Below, in pieces: positions 19,724 to 29,696 of a stretch of 64,000 bases of DNA. Below the pieces are notes generated by a model. It made no database searches, had not been told where the DNA came from, and saw nothing but the letters and a program-made list of their open reading frames with translations. The DNA comes from Coraliomargarita sp. GTDB lineage: Bacteria; Verrucomicrobiota; Verrucomicrobiia; Opitutales; Coraliomargaritaceae. The number at the start of each line of letters is the position of its first letter. Position 1 is the stretch's first letter. The stretch covers positions 416,001 to 480,000 of the forward strand of contig OZ244160.1 of the NCBI GenBank assembly GCA_965216325.1. The letters are read 5' to 3'. The position numbers and the translations under genes are program-made.

Positions 19724-21484
19724 ATGAAAAGAATATCCAAATTATTTCCGGTCGTTGCCCTTTTTACCGGCCTTAGCCTCTGCACGACGCATGCCGTCGA
19801 TGTGATTCCCGAAACCGATGCGGCCTATCAAGAGCGGATGCAATGGTTCGACGATGCGAAGTTCGGTCTGTTTATCCATTTTGGCGTCTATTCGACACTG
19901 GGAGGGAAGTGGAACGGCAAATCCGTTCAAGGGTATGCCGAATGGATTCAGGCCTCAGGTCAGATCACACCGGAAGAATATATTCCACTGGCGGCGAACT
20001 TTATCCCCGATGCTTTCGATGCCGATCAGTGGGTTTCCGATGCAAAAAAAGCGGGTATGAAGTATGTGGTCATCACCACCAAGCACCATGACGGCTTCTG
20101 TCTGTGGGACAGCGAGTTCACTGAATACGATACCGGTGAGGCCACGACCTTTGATCGTGATATCCTGGCCGAACTGAGTGCGGCCTGTAAAAAGCACGGC
20201 CTGAAGTTTGGTACCTACTATTCACACATCGATTGGCACCATCCCTCCCAGCGTGCACAACGCTCGATACAGTTCACGAAAATCAAAAGCGAGGAACACA
20301 AAGCTGAGTATGTAGCCTATATGAAAGCCCAGCTGAAAGAACTGATCACCAAGTATGATACAGATATGATGTGGTTCGATGCAGAATGGGTACACTGGTG
20401 GAGCATGGAGGACGGAATCGATCTGTATAACTATCTGCGTGAGCTTAAGCCAGATATGATTATCAATAACCGCGTCGCCAAGCGGAAGCGTTTCAAAAAG
20501 GATTTCGGCACACCGGAAAACAGCACGCCGGGTGCCGCGCTCGATCATCGCTGGGAAGCCTGCTGGACCATCAATCACTCGTGGGGCTATAAAATCAGCG
20601 ACAAACGATGGAAATCCACCAAGCAATTGATCCAGAAGCAGATCGATATCAACGCCAAGGGTGGCAATCTTCTGCTCAATGTCGGACCAAAACCTGACGG
20701 AACCTGGCCCGAGGCATGTATTCAGCGACTTCACGATATGGGCAAGTGGAACGATGCGCATCAAGAAGCGGTGTACGGATCCCGATTCTTTGATGCCTAC
20801 ATGCAGGACTGGGGCCGCATTGTTCAGGCCAACGATAGCACAGAAACAGAGGGGACCCTGTTTGCCTCAGTATTTGACTGGCCTGATAACAATCAGATCG
20901 AGATCCAGGGCGTGCGGTTTCACTCAGCCAACTGCGAGACCTTTGCAGGTCAGCCGCTCGAAAGTTCGATTGTGAAAGGTAAGCTTGTCATCAAACTGCC
21001 CTCAACTCCATTGGATGAGAACGCCAGTGTCATCCGCGTTCACTATAAAGACGGAAACAAAATCTTACCACATGTGGATGGTCTTGAATTAAACGGTGAT
21101 GAAATCATCCTGCAGGCAAAGCAAGCCAAGCTGCCATCAGGCACGTTCAAGCTGATGAAAAATTCGTATATCGGATACTGGACCAACCCGAAGGATAAAG
21201 CCGGGTGGGAGATCAATGTTCCCGCGCCAGGTAATTACAAGGTGTCGCTGCTGTATTCCTGTGATAAAGCTTATAGCGGCAGTGATGTGGTATTCGCGAT
21301 TAACGGCCAGACTCTGACGCAACAGGTGCAACCAACGAGCGGTTGGGAGAAATTCTCGATCATGGAACTTGGTACCCTTACGATCAACAAAGTTGGCAAT
21401 ACTACCTGCAGCATCGGATTTGGCGAAAAGAAGGGCAAGGCACTCATGAACCTGAAAACCATTGTCCTGGCCCCTTCCGAATGA
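19724..21484 (+). CDS. GH29 alpha-L-fucosidase with a C-terminal CBM6/35-like domain
   Basis: WFDDAKFGLFIHFG, TTKHHDGF, WFDAEW, GGNLLLNVGP; C-terminal IGYWTNPKDKAGW...PTSGWEKF. Confidence 0.92.
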   Translation: MKRISKLFPVVALFTGLSLCTTHAVDVIPETDAAYQERMQWFDDAKFGLFIHFGVYSTLGGKWNGKSVQGYAEWIQASGQITPEEYIPLAANFIPDAFDADQWVSDAKKAGMKYVVITTKHHDGFCLWDSEFTEYDTGEATTFDRDILAELSAACKKHGLKFGTYYSHIDWHHPSQRAQRSIQFTKIKSEEHKAEYVAYMKAQLKELITKYDTDMMWFDAEWVHWWSMEDGIDLYNYLRELKPDMIINNRVAKRKRFKKDFGTPENSTPGAALDHRWEACWTINHSWGYKISDKRWKSTKQLIQKQIDINAKGGNLLLNVGPKPDGTWPEACIQRLHDMGKWNDAHQEAVYGSRFFDAYMQDWGRIVQANDSTETEGTLFASVFDWPDNNQIEIQGVRFHSANCETFAGQPLESSIVKGKLVIKLPSTPLDENASVIRVHYKDGNKILPHVDGLELNGDEIILQAKQAKLPSGTFKLMKNSYIGYWTNPKDKAGWEINVPAPGNYKVSLLYSCDKAYSGSDVVFAINGQTLTQQVQPTSGWEKFSIMELGTLTINKVGNTTCSIGFGEKKGKALMNLKTIVLAPSE

Positions 21485-21614
21485 TCCGAAACGATGCCCC
21501 CAGAGAAACGATGACTGATTTGACTGGGTACTAAATACATTAATAAGGGAACACTATGCGTAGACGACTAAAAATTTCAGGGTCTTCGTCGTTTACTGGG
21601 AAGTGGGTGCATAG

Positions 21615-21692
21615 AACCACTGATGCAGTTCCATGGCACAAGCGATCCCATGACGTGCGTGCTTGTTATTCTGCCCTTGGGTGCGGATGAAC
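21615..21692. mobile_element. Degenerate IS-related fragment also present at about 58835-58915
   Basis: GAACCACTGAT..TTCCATGGCACAAGCGA...GTGCTTGTTAT...CCTTGGGTGCGGATG occurs at both loci; the second copy abuts a transposase remnant. Confidence 0.45.
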
Positions 21693-21885
21693 CTAAAGCT
21701 TCCAGCAATCTCAGGTTGTGTTCTGTGCGGTGGATGAGCCTCGGGTTTCCGCGTCGTAGCAAAGCCGCATGAGACGAAATCTTTTACGCGGTGTGAGAAT
21801 GGCGTCGTGCCGGTCTTTGTGTCTGGTTATTGAGCAAACATCCGTAGAGGAAGGGCGATAGATGTCATCCATGGCATGCAAGCAG

Positions 21886-21933
21886 GCACGGTTGATTGAC
21901 CGTGTATGCAGGAATGTTTTCTTTTGTTAGCAT
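21886..21933 (+). promoter_or_regulatory. Palindromic operator 4 plus promoter
   Basis: GCACGGTTGATTGACCGTGT at 21886-21905; -35 TATGCA, 17 bp, TGn-TAGCAT. Confidence 0.78.
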
Positions 21934-22060
21934 GGGTAAGCTGAGTGGGGATAAATCATGGTGCTTTGGGTGGTTGCTAAGGTGCGCCTCATCCGTTGAG
22001 CTTACCGAGGTATTCCACTTTCAACTGACTGATATGAGATTTAATTCAAATGCGATCACT

Positions 22061-24268
22061 ATGATTCATCAAAGAAAATTCGTTACACTCCTAGCATCGA
22101 TTGGGGTTTGTATGCAGTGTGCTGTTTTTGCAGGTGAGGCAGCCAAGCCGCTTCCCAATATCGTTCACATTATGATAGATGATCTTGGCTGGCAGGATGT
22201 CGCGTCACACAAAATAGATGGCAAGCCTGTGTATGAAACGCCTCATATGGATGCGCTCACTACAGAGGGATTACGTTTTACACAAGCATACTCACCTGCA
22301 CCTACCTGTGCTCCATCGCGCACGGCATTCTTGCGTGGTCAGTATCCCGCGAATACGGGTATCTATCACGTGAGTGGGGGTAACATTCCTAGGGCGAACA
22401 GCAATGCAGACAAACTGCACTCGCCGTTTTATAACTATGGGCTGAACAAAGATGTGCCAACCATTGCCCGGACCCTGAAGCAGGCGGGTTACACCACCGC
22501 TCATATTGGAAAATGGCACGCAACAGGAAAGTCAGAAGGCTACCCTTATCCCACATTTATCGGATTTGATTTCAGCTTTGCAGAAAGCAAACAATCGCTC
22601 AATAAATTCTATAATGACCCAGATCTGTGGGACTGGAAAAATAAGAAGGATTTCTTCTTTGGTTCATGGGCAAGAATTCATCCGGATCGTCTTTCTGATT
22701 TTGCGACTGCGGATCCGAATGACAAGTTTCAGCTCGATGAGGACGGGCGTCCATTTGATAAACCGCTGGACCTGGCACTCGGCTTTATGGACAAGCATAA
22801 AGATCAACCGTTCTTTCTCAACTACGCGACCTATTATGTGCATGGGCCGATTGGTACCAGAGACAAAAAGCGTTTGAATCTTTACCTGAACAAAATGGGC
22901 TATGACTTCCCTACAGATCCGGGTGTTATTAATGCAGGTAAGGATGGCCAATCCAATCCCTATTACGCGAGTATGGTTGATACTGTGGACTGGATGATCG
23001 GGGAGGTCGTTGAGTACCTTAAGGTAACGGATGATCCACGCAATCCAGGGCATGCATTGATTGACAATACCTATATCGTGATCGATTCAGATAATGGTGG
23101 TTGGATCGGTAGTCCAAACGAAGCGATTACTGACAACGCACCGTTAAGGGAGGGGAAGTCTACAACCTATGAAGGTGGCCTCCGTATTCCATTTATCGTT
23201 GTTGGACCCGGCGTGCCACAGGGAGCGATCTGTGACGTGCCCATCAACCTGATTGACCTCTACCCAACATTTATGGCGATGGCTGGCATGCGGCCGGATC
23301 CCTCACTCAAACTGGATGGTTGTAATATTTTGCCGCTCTTTGAGGGGAGGGCAGAGAAGGCCTACTTTGCAGATGGCACCGCCCGTGATACAATTTTCTG
23401 GTACTACCCAGCGGAGAGTCACATGTCCGCTGTCATCCGCAAAGGCGGATGGAAGTTGATTAAAAACTTTGGTGTTGGGATGGGCAACCGAACGGATACC
23501 GAGCTGTTCAAGCTCTACAATGAAGACGGCAGTGTGAACGATCTGAGCGAGGCGAATAATCTTGCGAAGAAAGACCCTGAGCGTACCCAGGCGATGCTTG
23601 CAGAGCTCAACGCTTTTTTGGAAACGGCTGATGTGGAGCTTCCGTACCGTAATCTGCCTGCAGCGAGCACGGCTGATAAAGAAAAAGCACCCAAGGTTCA
23701 AGCGATCGGCAGTGACGCGGATACAGTCTGGGCCGAGTTTGACACAGAGGGCAAGAATGAACTCGTTGATGCACTCTTCCTGTATACTCTGAATCCAAAA
23801 CTGCTCGATGCGACGAAGGGGCAGCGTGAGGAATGGTTCTCCATTCCTGTTGAAATCGTCGACGGTCGCGTGGAGGCGGCCATGCCGCCAGGTGCCACAC
23901 ACGGTACTTTTGTGCTGAGAGATTCAGAAAACTTTATGATCCGCTCTGAGCCAATGCCGACCTACCGAGAGAAGGGTGGCCAGTTCAAGGGCAGCACCCT
24001 TCTGGCGAATGGCTATGCGTATAAACCGGGCCTGTTCGCACTGATCCAATATGGTAAAAAAGCTGCGACCTCAGCAGGAGAGGGAAAGTCAAAGAATCTA
24101 AACGACACGCTTAAACAGGCAGAGAAGCTTTACGCGATGGAAAAAGCATCCGATGAAGAATACTGCGATGTGATTCGCCAGCTGCGCCGTCAGATTATCG
24201 ATCTCGGTGTTGAGGAGTCAAAAGCCGAAGTACTCGACCGCTTTGCCACCGACAGCAAATTCAACTAG
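22061..24268 (+). CDS. S1 sulfatase with a long C-terminal extension
   Basis: PNIVHIMIDDLGWQD, CAPSR, GKWH, SDNGG, GKSTTYEGGLRIP; signal peptide from ATG 22061. Confidence 0.92.
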   Translation: MIHQRKFVTLLASIGVCMQCAVFAGEAAKPLPNIVHIMIDDLGWQDVASHKIDGKPVYETPHMDALTTEGLRFTQAYSPAPTCAPSRTAFLRGQYPANTGIYHVSGGNIPRANSNADKLHSPFYNYGLNKDVPTIARTLKQAGYTTAHIGKWHATGKSEGYPYPTFIGFDFSFAESKQSLNKFYNDPDLWDWKNKKDFFFGSWARIHPDRLSDFATADPNDKFQLDEDGRPFDKPLDLALGFMDKHKDQPFFLNYATYYVHGPIGTRDKKRLNLYLNKMGYDFPTDPGVINAGKDGQSNPYYASMVDTVDWMIGEVVEYLKVTDDPRNPGHALIDNTYIVIDSDNGGWIGSPNEAITDNAPLREGKSTTYEGGLRIPFIVVGPGVPQGAICDVPINLIDLYPTFMAMAGMRPDPSLKLDGCNILPLFEGRAEKAYFADGTARDTIFWYYPAESHMSAVIRKGGWKLIKNFGVGMGNRTDTELFKLYNEDGSVNDLSEANNLAKKDPERTQAMLAELNAFLETADVELPYRNLPAASTADKEKAPKVQAIGSDADTVWAEFDTEGKNELVDALFLYTLNPKLLDATKGQREEWFSIPVEIVDGRVEAAMPPGATHGTFVLRDSENFMIRSEPMPTYREKGGQFKGSTLLANGYAYKPGLFALIQYGKKAATSAGEGKSKNLNDTLKQAEKLYAMEKASDEEYCDVIRQLRRQIIDLGVEESKAEVLDRFATDSKFN

Positions 24269-24289
24269 GTTGAAAAATAAGATTATAAA

Positions 24290-24580
24290 ATGATTAAAAC
24301 AAAAACTGTACTGGCTCAGGCGGCAATAGTGTCCGCGGGTGTAATGGTCTCCATGTCTGCGGCAGAACTGAGCACAGCCGAAAACTCGAAACCGAACATT
24401 GTTTTGATCATGGCCAGATGATCTGGGCTATGAGTGTATCAGTGCAAACGGTTGTGAAGACTACAAAACGCCCCACATCGATAAACTGGCAGCAGAGGGT
24501 GTTCGCTTTGAGCAGTGCTTTGCCAACCCGCTGTGTACACCGTCGCGAGTCAAGATCATGACCGGCCAGTACAATGTTAG
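24290..24580 (+). pseudogene. Frameshifted, truncated sulfatase
   Basis: Signal peptide plus KPNIVLIMA, +1 frameshift, then DDLGYEC...[19 protein letters not shown]; cut off at the GGGACAGG repeat at 24581. Confidence 0.88.
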
Positions 24581-24693
24581 GGCTGTTTTTAGGGACAGGC
24601 TATAATAAGGCTGTTTTTAGGGACAGGCTATAATAAGAGTCCAGCGGAGCTGGAGACCGCTAGGCTGTTTTCAGGGACAGGCTATAAAAAGAG
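24581..24693 (+). repeat. Three copies of the TTTT(T/C)AGGGACAGGCTATAAWAAG junction motif
   Basis: Copies at about 24581, 24610 and 24663. Confidence 0.9.
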
Positions 24694-24789
24694 GCCTGCG
24701 GGGATGCTGGATGCAGAACGTATAATTACAAGATGACTCAGCTGACCTCTTTTTTGGGTTTGTTTGATTTTGCGTGCCAATGTAATCAA

Positions 24790-24836
24790 ACACGGTCGAT
24801 TGGCCGTGTTGTCGGCTGCCCTTTATCTGCTATTAT
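24790..24836 (+). promoter_or_regulatory. Palindromic operator 5 plus promoter
   Basis: ACACGGTCGATTGGCCGTGT at 24790-24809; -35 TTGTCG, 16 bp, TGn-TATTAT. Confidence 0.8.
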
Positions 24837-24847
24837 AAGCCACCTAT

Positions 24848-25014
24848 GGGAACCTCCCCTGAACTGTTGAATTTTTTCATGTATAACCTTTGTAGCGTTT
24901 GATAGCATCTATTGTTTAAACATGAAATACCGTAATCCCAAGAAAGATAATGACCTGTTCAGCATGATTGATCACCCGCAGGAGGTGATGCGCACAGTCA
25001 AGGGCATCAATAAA
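24848..25014 (+). mobile_element. IS5-like remnant (left end plus transposase N-terminus)
   Basis: GGGAACCTCCC end-like sequence followed by MKYRNPKKDNDLFSMIDHPQEVMRTVKGINK from 24922. Confidence 0.5.
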
Positions 25015-25078
25015 ATCTAAAAATCAGACACTCCAACCATTCGAAAACCGAATCCAACCGAACCAGGCTCAATTTAGT

Positions 25079-26500
25079 ATGAAAAATACGAAACAACCTA
25101 ACCCGCGCCGTCAAAACGGTCTTTTCAGAGGTGCTTCCATACAACGTAGAAACTTCCTTAAAACCGCAGCAGCCGCCAGTGCGGGTGCCTTTGTATTGCC
25201 ACGCTTCTCTATTGGCCAGCCTGGCCCGTCGGCGAATAGCAAACTGAACATCGCGCATATCGGTGCCGGTAACATCGCTAATATGGCGTATGGCTGTACT
25301 CGTGTCGAGAATGTCGTGGCGCTGTGCGATATTGATAGTCGTATGTTTCCCGATTGGGCTGCCTCCAATAACATACCTACGTTTGCCGACTACCGTGAGA
25401 TGCTCGACAAGCTCGGCAAAGAGATTGACGGCGTCTGCATCAACACTCCCGATCATACTCACTTTAATGCGACACTGGCTTGCATGGAACGCGGTATCCA
25501 CGTCTGCACGCAAAAGCCGTTGACGCATAACGTCTGGCAAGCGCGCACGCTGCGTAAGGCTAAGGATAAATATAAGGTGGTCACCAATATGGCCAATCAA
25601 GGCCACACCTTCGATGGCATTCGCAAGATGCGCGAGATGTATGAAGCAGATTGCTTCGGGCAGGTTCGAGAAGTGCACCTCGGTTTTAACGGACCCGATT
25701 GGAACTCTAGATTCTTCAAGAAACAGAAGTCTATGCCTTTAAGCGGCGAACCAGTTCCAGCTGAGGTGAACTGGGATCTATGGCTGGGCCCAGCTCAAGA
25801 ACATCCTTATAATCGCGATTTGCATCCCCTGAGCTGGCGTGGCTTTTACGATTTTGGCACCGGGCAATTTGGTGACTGGTTTTGTCATATCGGAGATGGC
25901 GCTGTCTGGGTGCTTGATTTGTATGAGCCCACGGTGATCGAATGCGTTGAGCGTGGGCCTGCGATGGAGGGAATGATTCCGGATTACAGTATCGTGCGCT
26001 TTGATTTCCCTGCGCGTGGCAACAAGGCTGCGTGCTCAATGACTTGGTATGATGGTACGAACAACGGTGGCACGCCGATCAAATCACCGGATGATTGGGG
26101 ATGGGGCAGGGTGCCGAATAAGGGCTCTTTCTGGTATGCTGACAAAGGCAATGCCTTCCTGGATCAATACTCCAACAATCCTCGATTTGCTGTTAAAGAG
26201 CAGATGGTTGCCTTTAAAGAGAGCGGCGGTGTCGCAGAGAAATATGCCCGCGTCAAAGGCGGCCCACACAGAGAGTGGATGCGCGCGATTAAGGGAGATA
26301 TTTCTGAATGTGGATCGAACTTTGATTACGCCGCTCCGATGACGGAGGTTGCTTTGCTGGGTGTGCTCGCGCAGCGCTTCGGCGGCCGGATTGAGTGGGA
26401 TAGCAAAAACATGCGTATCACCAATCGCCCCGAGCTGAATGTATTTATTAAGGAGCCTGTTCGCGCAGGCTGGGAGGCCGGTCAAGATCTTTGGTCTTAA
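25079..26500 (+). CDS. Tat-exported Gfo/Idh/MocA family oxidoreductase (paralog of 5512..6930)
   Basis: QRRNFLK Tat motif; TPDHTHF, QKPLTHNVWQAR, DLWLGPA. Confidence 0.92.
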   Translation: MKNTKQPNPRRQNGLFRGASIQRRNFLKTAAAASAGAFVLPRFSIGQPGPSANSKLNIAHIGAGNIANMAYGCTRVENVVALCDIDSRMFPDWAASNNIPTFADYREMLDKLGKEIDGVCINTPDHTHFNATLACMERGIHVCTQKPLTHNVWQARTLRKAKDKYKVVTNMANQGHTFDGIRKMREMYEADCFGQVREVHLGFNGPDWNSRFFKKQKSMPLSGEPVPAEVNWDLWLGPAQEHPYNRDLHPLSWRGFYDFGTGQFGDWFCHIGDGAVWVLDLYEPTVIECVERGPAMEGMIPDYSIVRFDFPARGNKAACSMTWYDGTNNGGTPIKSPDDWGWGRVPNKGSFWYADKGNAFLDQYSNNPRFAVKEQMVAFKESGGVAEKYARVKGGPHREWMRAIKGDISECGSNFDYAAPMTEVALLGVLAQRFGGRIEWDSKNMRITNRPELNVFIKEPVRAGWEAGQDLWS

Positions 26501-26519
26501 TTTGTGGTCTGTAATACGT

Positions 26520-27689
26520 ATGAAAAAATACCTCATTCTTCTTTCCGTAGTCTGGATTGGTCTATCCTCACATACTGTCTTTGCTGATGGCGCATTTTTT
26601 GGCGATCCACCAGACGCGCATCATCCCTGGGCGGTGCACGATGAGAATCGTCCGCAACCGCCGCGTGTGGAGCCTGCGGCAACAGTGGGCGGTGCACCTT
26701 CGGATGCAGTCGTGCTTTTTGATGGCTCTGAACGTTCATTTAAAAGCAATTGGCGACATGCAAGTCCGAGCGACGAACGTAAGGCCGATTGGGCGGTGTG
26801 TGATGGCTATATGCTCGCTGTTCGCGGCGCAGGTTATATCGAGACGCAGGCACAGTTCGGAGATTGCCAGGTGCACATCGAGTGGTCGCACGAAAAGCGG
26901 CTTCCCGGCTCGGGGCAGGGACGCGGTAATAGCGGCGTGTTCTTACCTGGTGGGATCGAAGTGCAGGTGCTGGATAATTATAACAACCGCAGCTACGCGG
27001 ACGGCTCCGCGGGGGCGGTTTACGGTGTGATGCCACCTGCGGTGAATGCACTGCACGCTCCGGGGCAGTGGCAGAGCTACGATATTATTTTCCGTCGCCC
27101 GATCGTGCGCGACGGCGTATTAATTGATGAAGGCTCGATGACGGTGATGGTCAATGGAGTCGTGGTGCAAGACAGCACCCCGCTGGATGGCGGAGGCGGT
27201 CATAAAAAGCGCAAGGCGCTGAATCATGCATATCCGGATGCGGGGCCGTTGCGCTTACAGGATCATGGCGACCCGGTGCGCTTCCGTAATATCTGGGTGC
27301 GTGCCTTGCGTCCACGGCCTGCCGATGGAGGCACCGATGGGCGACTTTCAGCTGAGGCCACTACGGCGAAACGTGCTGAAATCGCCGAGGATGTGCGCAG
27401 GAGTGCGGCGGATTTGCAGGGCTATGATCGGGTGCTGCGCCTGTTGGAAGCTTATATGTATGATAACAATCCTGAAGCGTGGACTGAGTGCGATGCATTG
27501 GTCACTGCCTCTGTGGTAGGTTTGAAAGATCTGTCCGCGGCTGATTTGGAGCAGCAGCGCCGAGCGTTGACTAAGTTACGCAATGCGCTCAACTTCTTAC
27601 AGCGCTTTGCGATGATTCCAAATGATTATGCGCCTGAACAAGAACTGAAGCGTATCGCAGTCGCGCAGGGGTGGTTGAAGAAGCGCTAG
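26520..27689 (+). CDS. DUF1080 protein with a C-terminal helical extension
   Basis: APSDAVVLFDG, GQGRGNSGVF, EVQVLD, LQDHGDPVRFRNIW; signal peptide from ATG 26520. Confidence 0.9.
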   Translation: MKKYLILLSVVWIGLSSHTVFADGAFFGDPPDAHHPWAVHDENRPQPPRVEPAATVGGAPSDAVVLFDGSERSFKSNWRHASPSDERKADWAVCDGYMLAVRGAGYIETQAQFGDCQVHIEWSHEKRLPGSGQGRGNSGVFLPGGIEVQVLDNYNNRSYADGSAGAVYGVMPPAVNALHAPGQWQSYDIIFRRPIVRDGVLIDEGSMTVMVNGVVVQDSTPLDGGGGHKKRKALNHAYPDAGPLRLQDHGDPVRFRNIWVRALRPRPADGGTDGRLSAEATTAKRAEIAEDVRRSAADLQGYDRVLRLLEAYMYDNNPEAWTECDALVTASVVGLKDLSAADLEQQRRALTKLRNALNFLQRFAMIPNDYAPEQELKRIAVAQGWLKKR

Positions 27690-27931
27690 TTTGTTCGTAT
27701 TTCAGTTTTCTTTGTGCGTGGCTTTACCAGAACCTGGCAAATGGATTGTCAGCGCAAGCTCCCTCCAAAAGTGACTGCGATGCGCGGTCACTTTTGGGAC
27801 GGTTTGTCTGTGATCAAGGGGCTACGTCGGGATGTCTTATAGTGAGTATATAGATAGCTTGCTCTGCCTAACGCCTAAATAGTCCGCATTCGCCTACCAT
27901 TTACAAAAAAATCCTAGCAATCTAGCTATCC

Positions 27932-29018
27932 ATGAAAAAAATCACTGCTCGTATGGGGCATCTGTCTCGTCCTGCTCTTACCAATTACCACTTCCGCAGC
28001 CACCTACCATGTGGATGCGGAGGGCGGCAACGACACTAACAGCGGAACATCACCTGCGGCCGCTTGGCACTCGCTCGCGCATGCCAGTGCGCAGACCTTT
28101 GCGCCGGGCGATCAGATTCTGCTGCAGCGTGGCGATACCTTTCTCGGCACACTAATACTGGACAACGAGAGCGGCACGCAAGCTGAACCCATTATCGTGG
28201 GAGCTTACGGCACAGGCGATCTGCCCGTGATTGATGCCGCCGGTTACCTGGCGGGAGTGAATATCCGTGATGTCGAATACATTGAGGTGCAGGATCTCGA
28301 AATTACATCCAATGGTGGCCCCGTGTTGGATGGCTCCGCAGGCCTCGCCGAAAAGGACGAGTGGAACGCCGATAAAGCACGCTACGGCGTCTACGTCAAT
28401 GGCATCACGGGCACTGCGGTGGGACATGTGACGCTGCGCAACCTCTACATCCATGACATCTTCCCCACTAGCGATCGGGCCACCGAAGGTGCCAACCCGA
28501 CGACCTCCTACACCGTTTCGGGACTCGACCTGAGTCGTTACGGTGGCGCATTCGGCGAAACACTTGTATTTGACGTTACATATACTCAAACTGGCGGAAC
28601 CGAAGTTGTATTCAACTCAACTGGGCGTGTCGGAGTCGCCAATATTACTGGTCTAGATAGCCAGATAGATGAGAATGAAGCACTGACGGCTGCTGTTGAC
28701 TTCAATGAGGGTGCCTCAACATTCAGCGGAGATTTTGCTAACCTTTCGATTGGCTTCACCAGAGTAGCTCCGGGTGGGGTAAATGACGGCGAAACATGGG
28801 AGGTGACTCACGGTTCAGCGCCGACCACCATCAGTCGAGCCTACAGCAGCCGGATTGCCACGTTTGCAAGCTCTGACTATTTCACTATTAGTAACGTTTC
28901 TGGTGCAATGAACCTAGGGGCGGTGGATGTTGAAATTGTTGACATCCCCGAGCCTTCCTTCTGCGCCGCGCTTCTCGGTCTTGGCTGTCTCACGCTGATC
29001 CTCCGCCGTCGTCAATAA
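27932..29018 (+). CDS. Chimeric PEP-CTERM protein (beta-helix enzyme N-terminus plus PEP-CTERM domain), frameshifted in an A7 run after the start codon
   Basis: Removing one A from 27935-27941 gives MKKSLLVWGICLVLLLPITTSAATYHVDAEGGND..., in frame with ORF 28011..29018, which ends IPEPSFCAALLGLGCLTLILRRRQ. Confidence 0.8.
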
Positions 29019-29047
29019 GGCTAGGATGGCTATCTATCACTAAGACC

Positions 29048-29179
29048 TACAAAGCCATCCGGTATACTCTGAATCATTGGGTGAAACTATGTCGATATGT
29101 CTATTACAGCGATGCAGGTATTGACAATAATGCCGCTGAAAGGGCCGTGCGCCCGACTAAGCTTGGCATGAAGAATTGC
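29048..29179 (+). mobile_element. IS66 family transposase (TnpC) remnant
   Basis: Translates YKAIRYTLNHWVKLCRY...IDNNAAERAVRPTKLGMKN, the IS66 IDNNxAERxxR motif. Confidence 0.8.
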
Positions 29180-29453
29180 CGCTTACCCACTGAAGACTTA
29201 TTTTAAATCGCTAGGTTTTAACTTGGAACTTCAGGCGGAAGACAGTGATGAAGGTTTTCGTGCAGTCCATGATGACAAGGATTACCTTTCCAATCTGGAA
29301 TACGACGAGGAGGACGCTAGTGACCTAAAATGAAAATACATAAGTCCAGGTAAGGGGATGAGTTCTCCCAGTCAGCGCTCTATAGTCTTCAATTGACAGA
29401 CAAAAAACAACTTATCTCGAAGAACCATAATAGTATTCATTCTAGACTGAGAG

Positions 29454-29500
29454 ACACGGTCGATTGACCGTGTTTACATGATGATTTTTTTAGATATAGT
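29454..29500 (+). promoter_or_regulatory. Palindromic operator 6 plus promoter
   Basis: ACACGGTCGATTGACCGTGT at 29454-29473; -35 TTTACA, 16 bp, -10 TATAGT. Confidence 0.82.
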
Positions 29501-29696
29501 TTCAATAGTCTCAAAATAGCCCCTACATTTCCTGCCCCTTTCTTTTTGCCTAAGCTAACCTGATCGTACGTAATACAGAGGTAGTTGCTAGTGGCTTGTT
29601 TGAAAGATGTTACTCGGGGAATTAATAAATATCCTAACGTCATCTAGCTGTCAGGGGCGATGCCTGACTGTGTAATCCAACTCTGAATCGATCAAG

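Noticed and set aside
16592..19806. Diversity-generating retroelement TR/VR pair
   Set aside because: Differences between the copies are not adenine-specific, the repeat is too long and spans intergenic DNA, and there is no reverse transcriptase.
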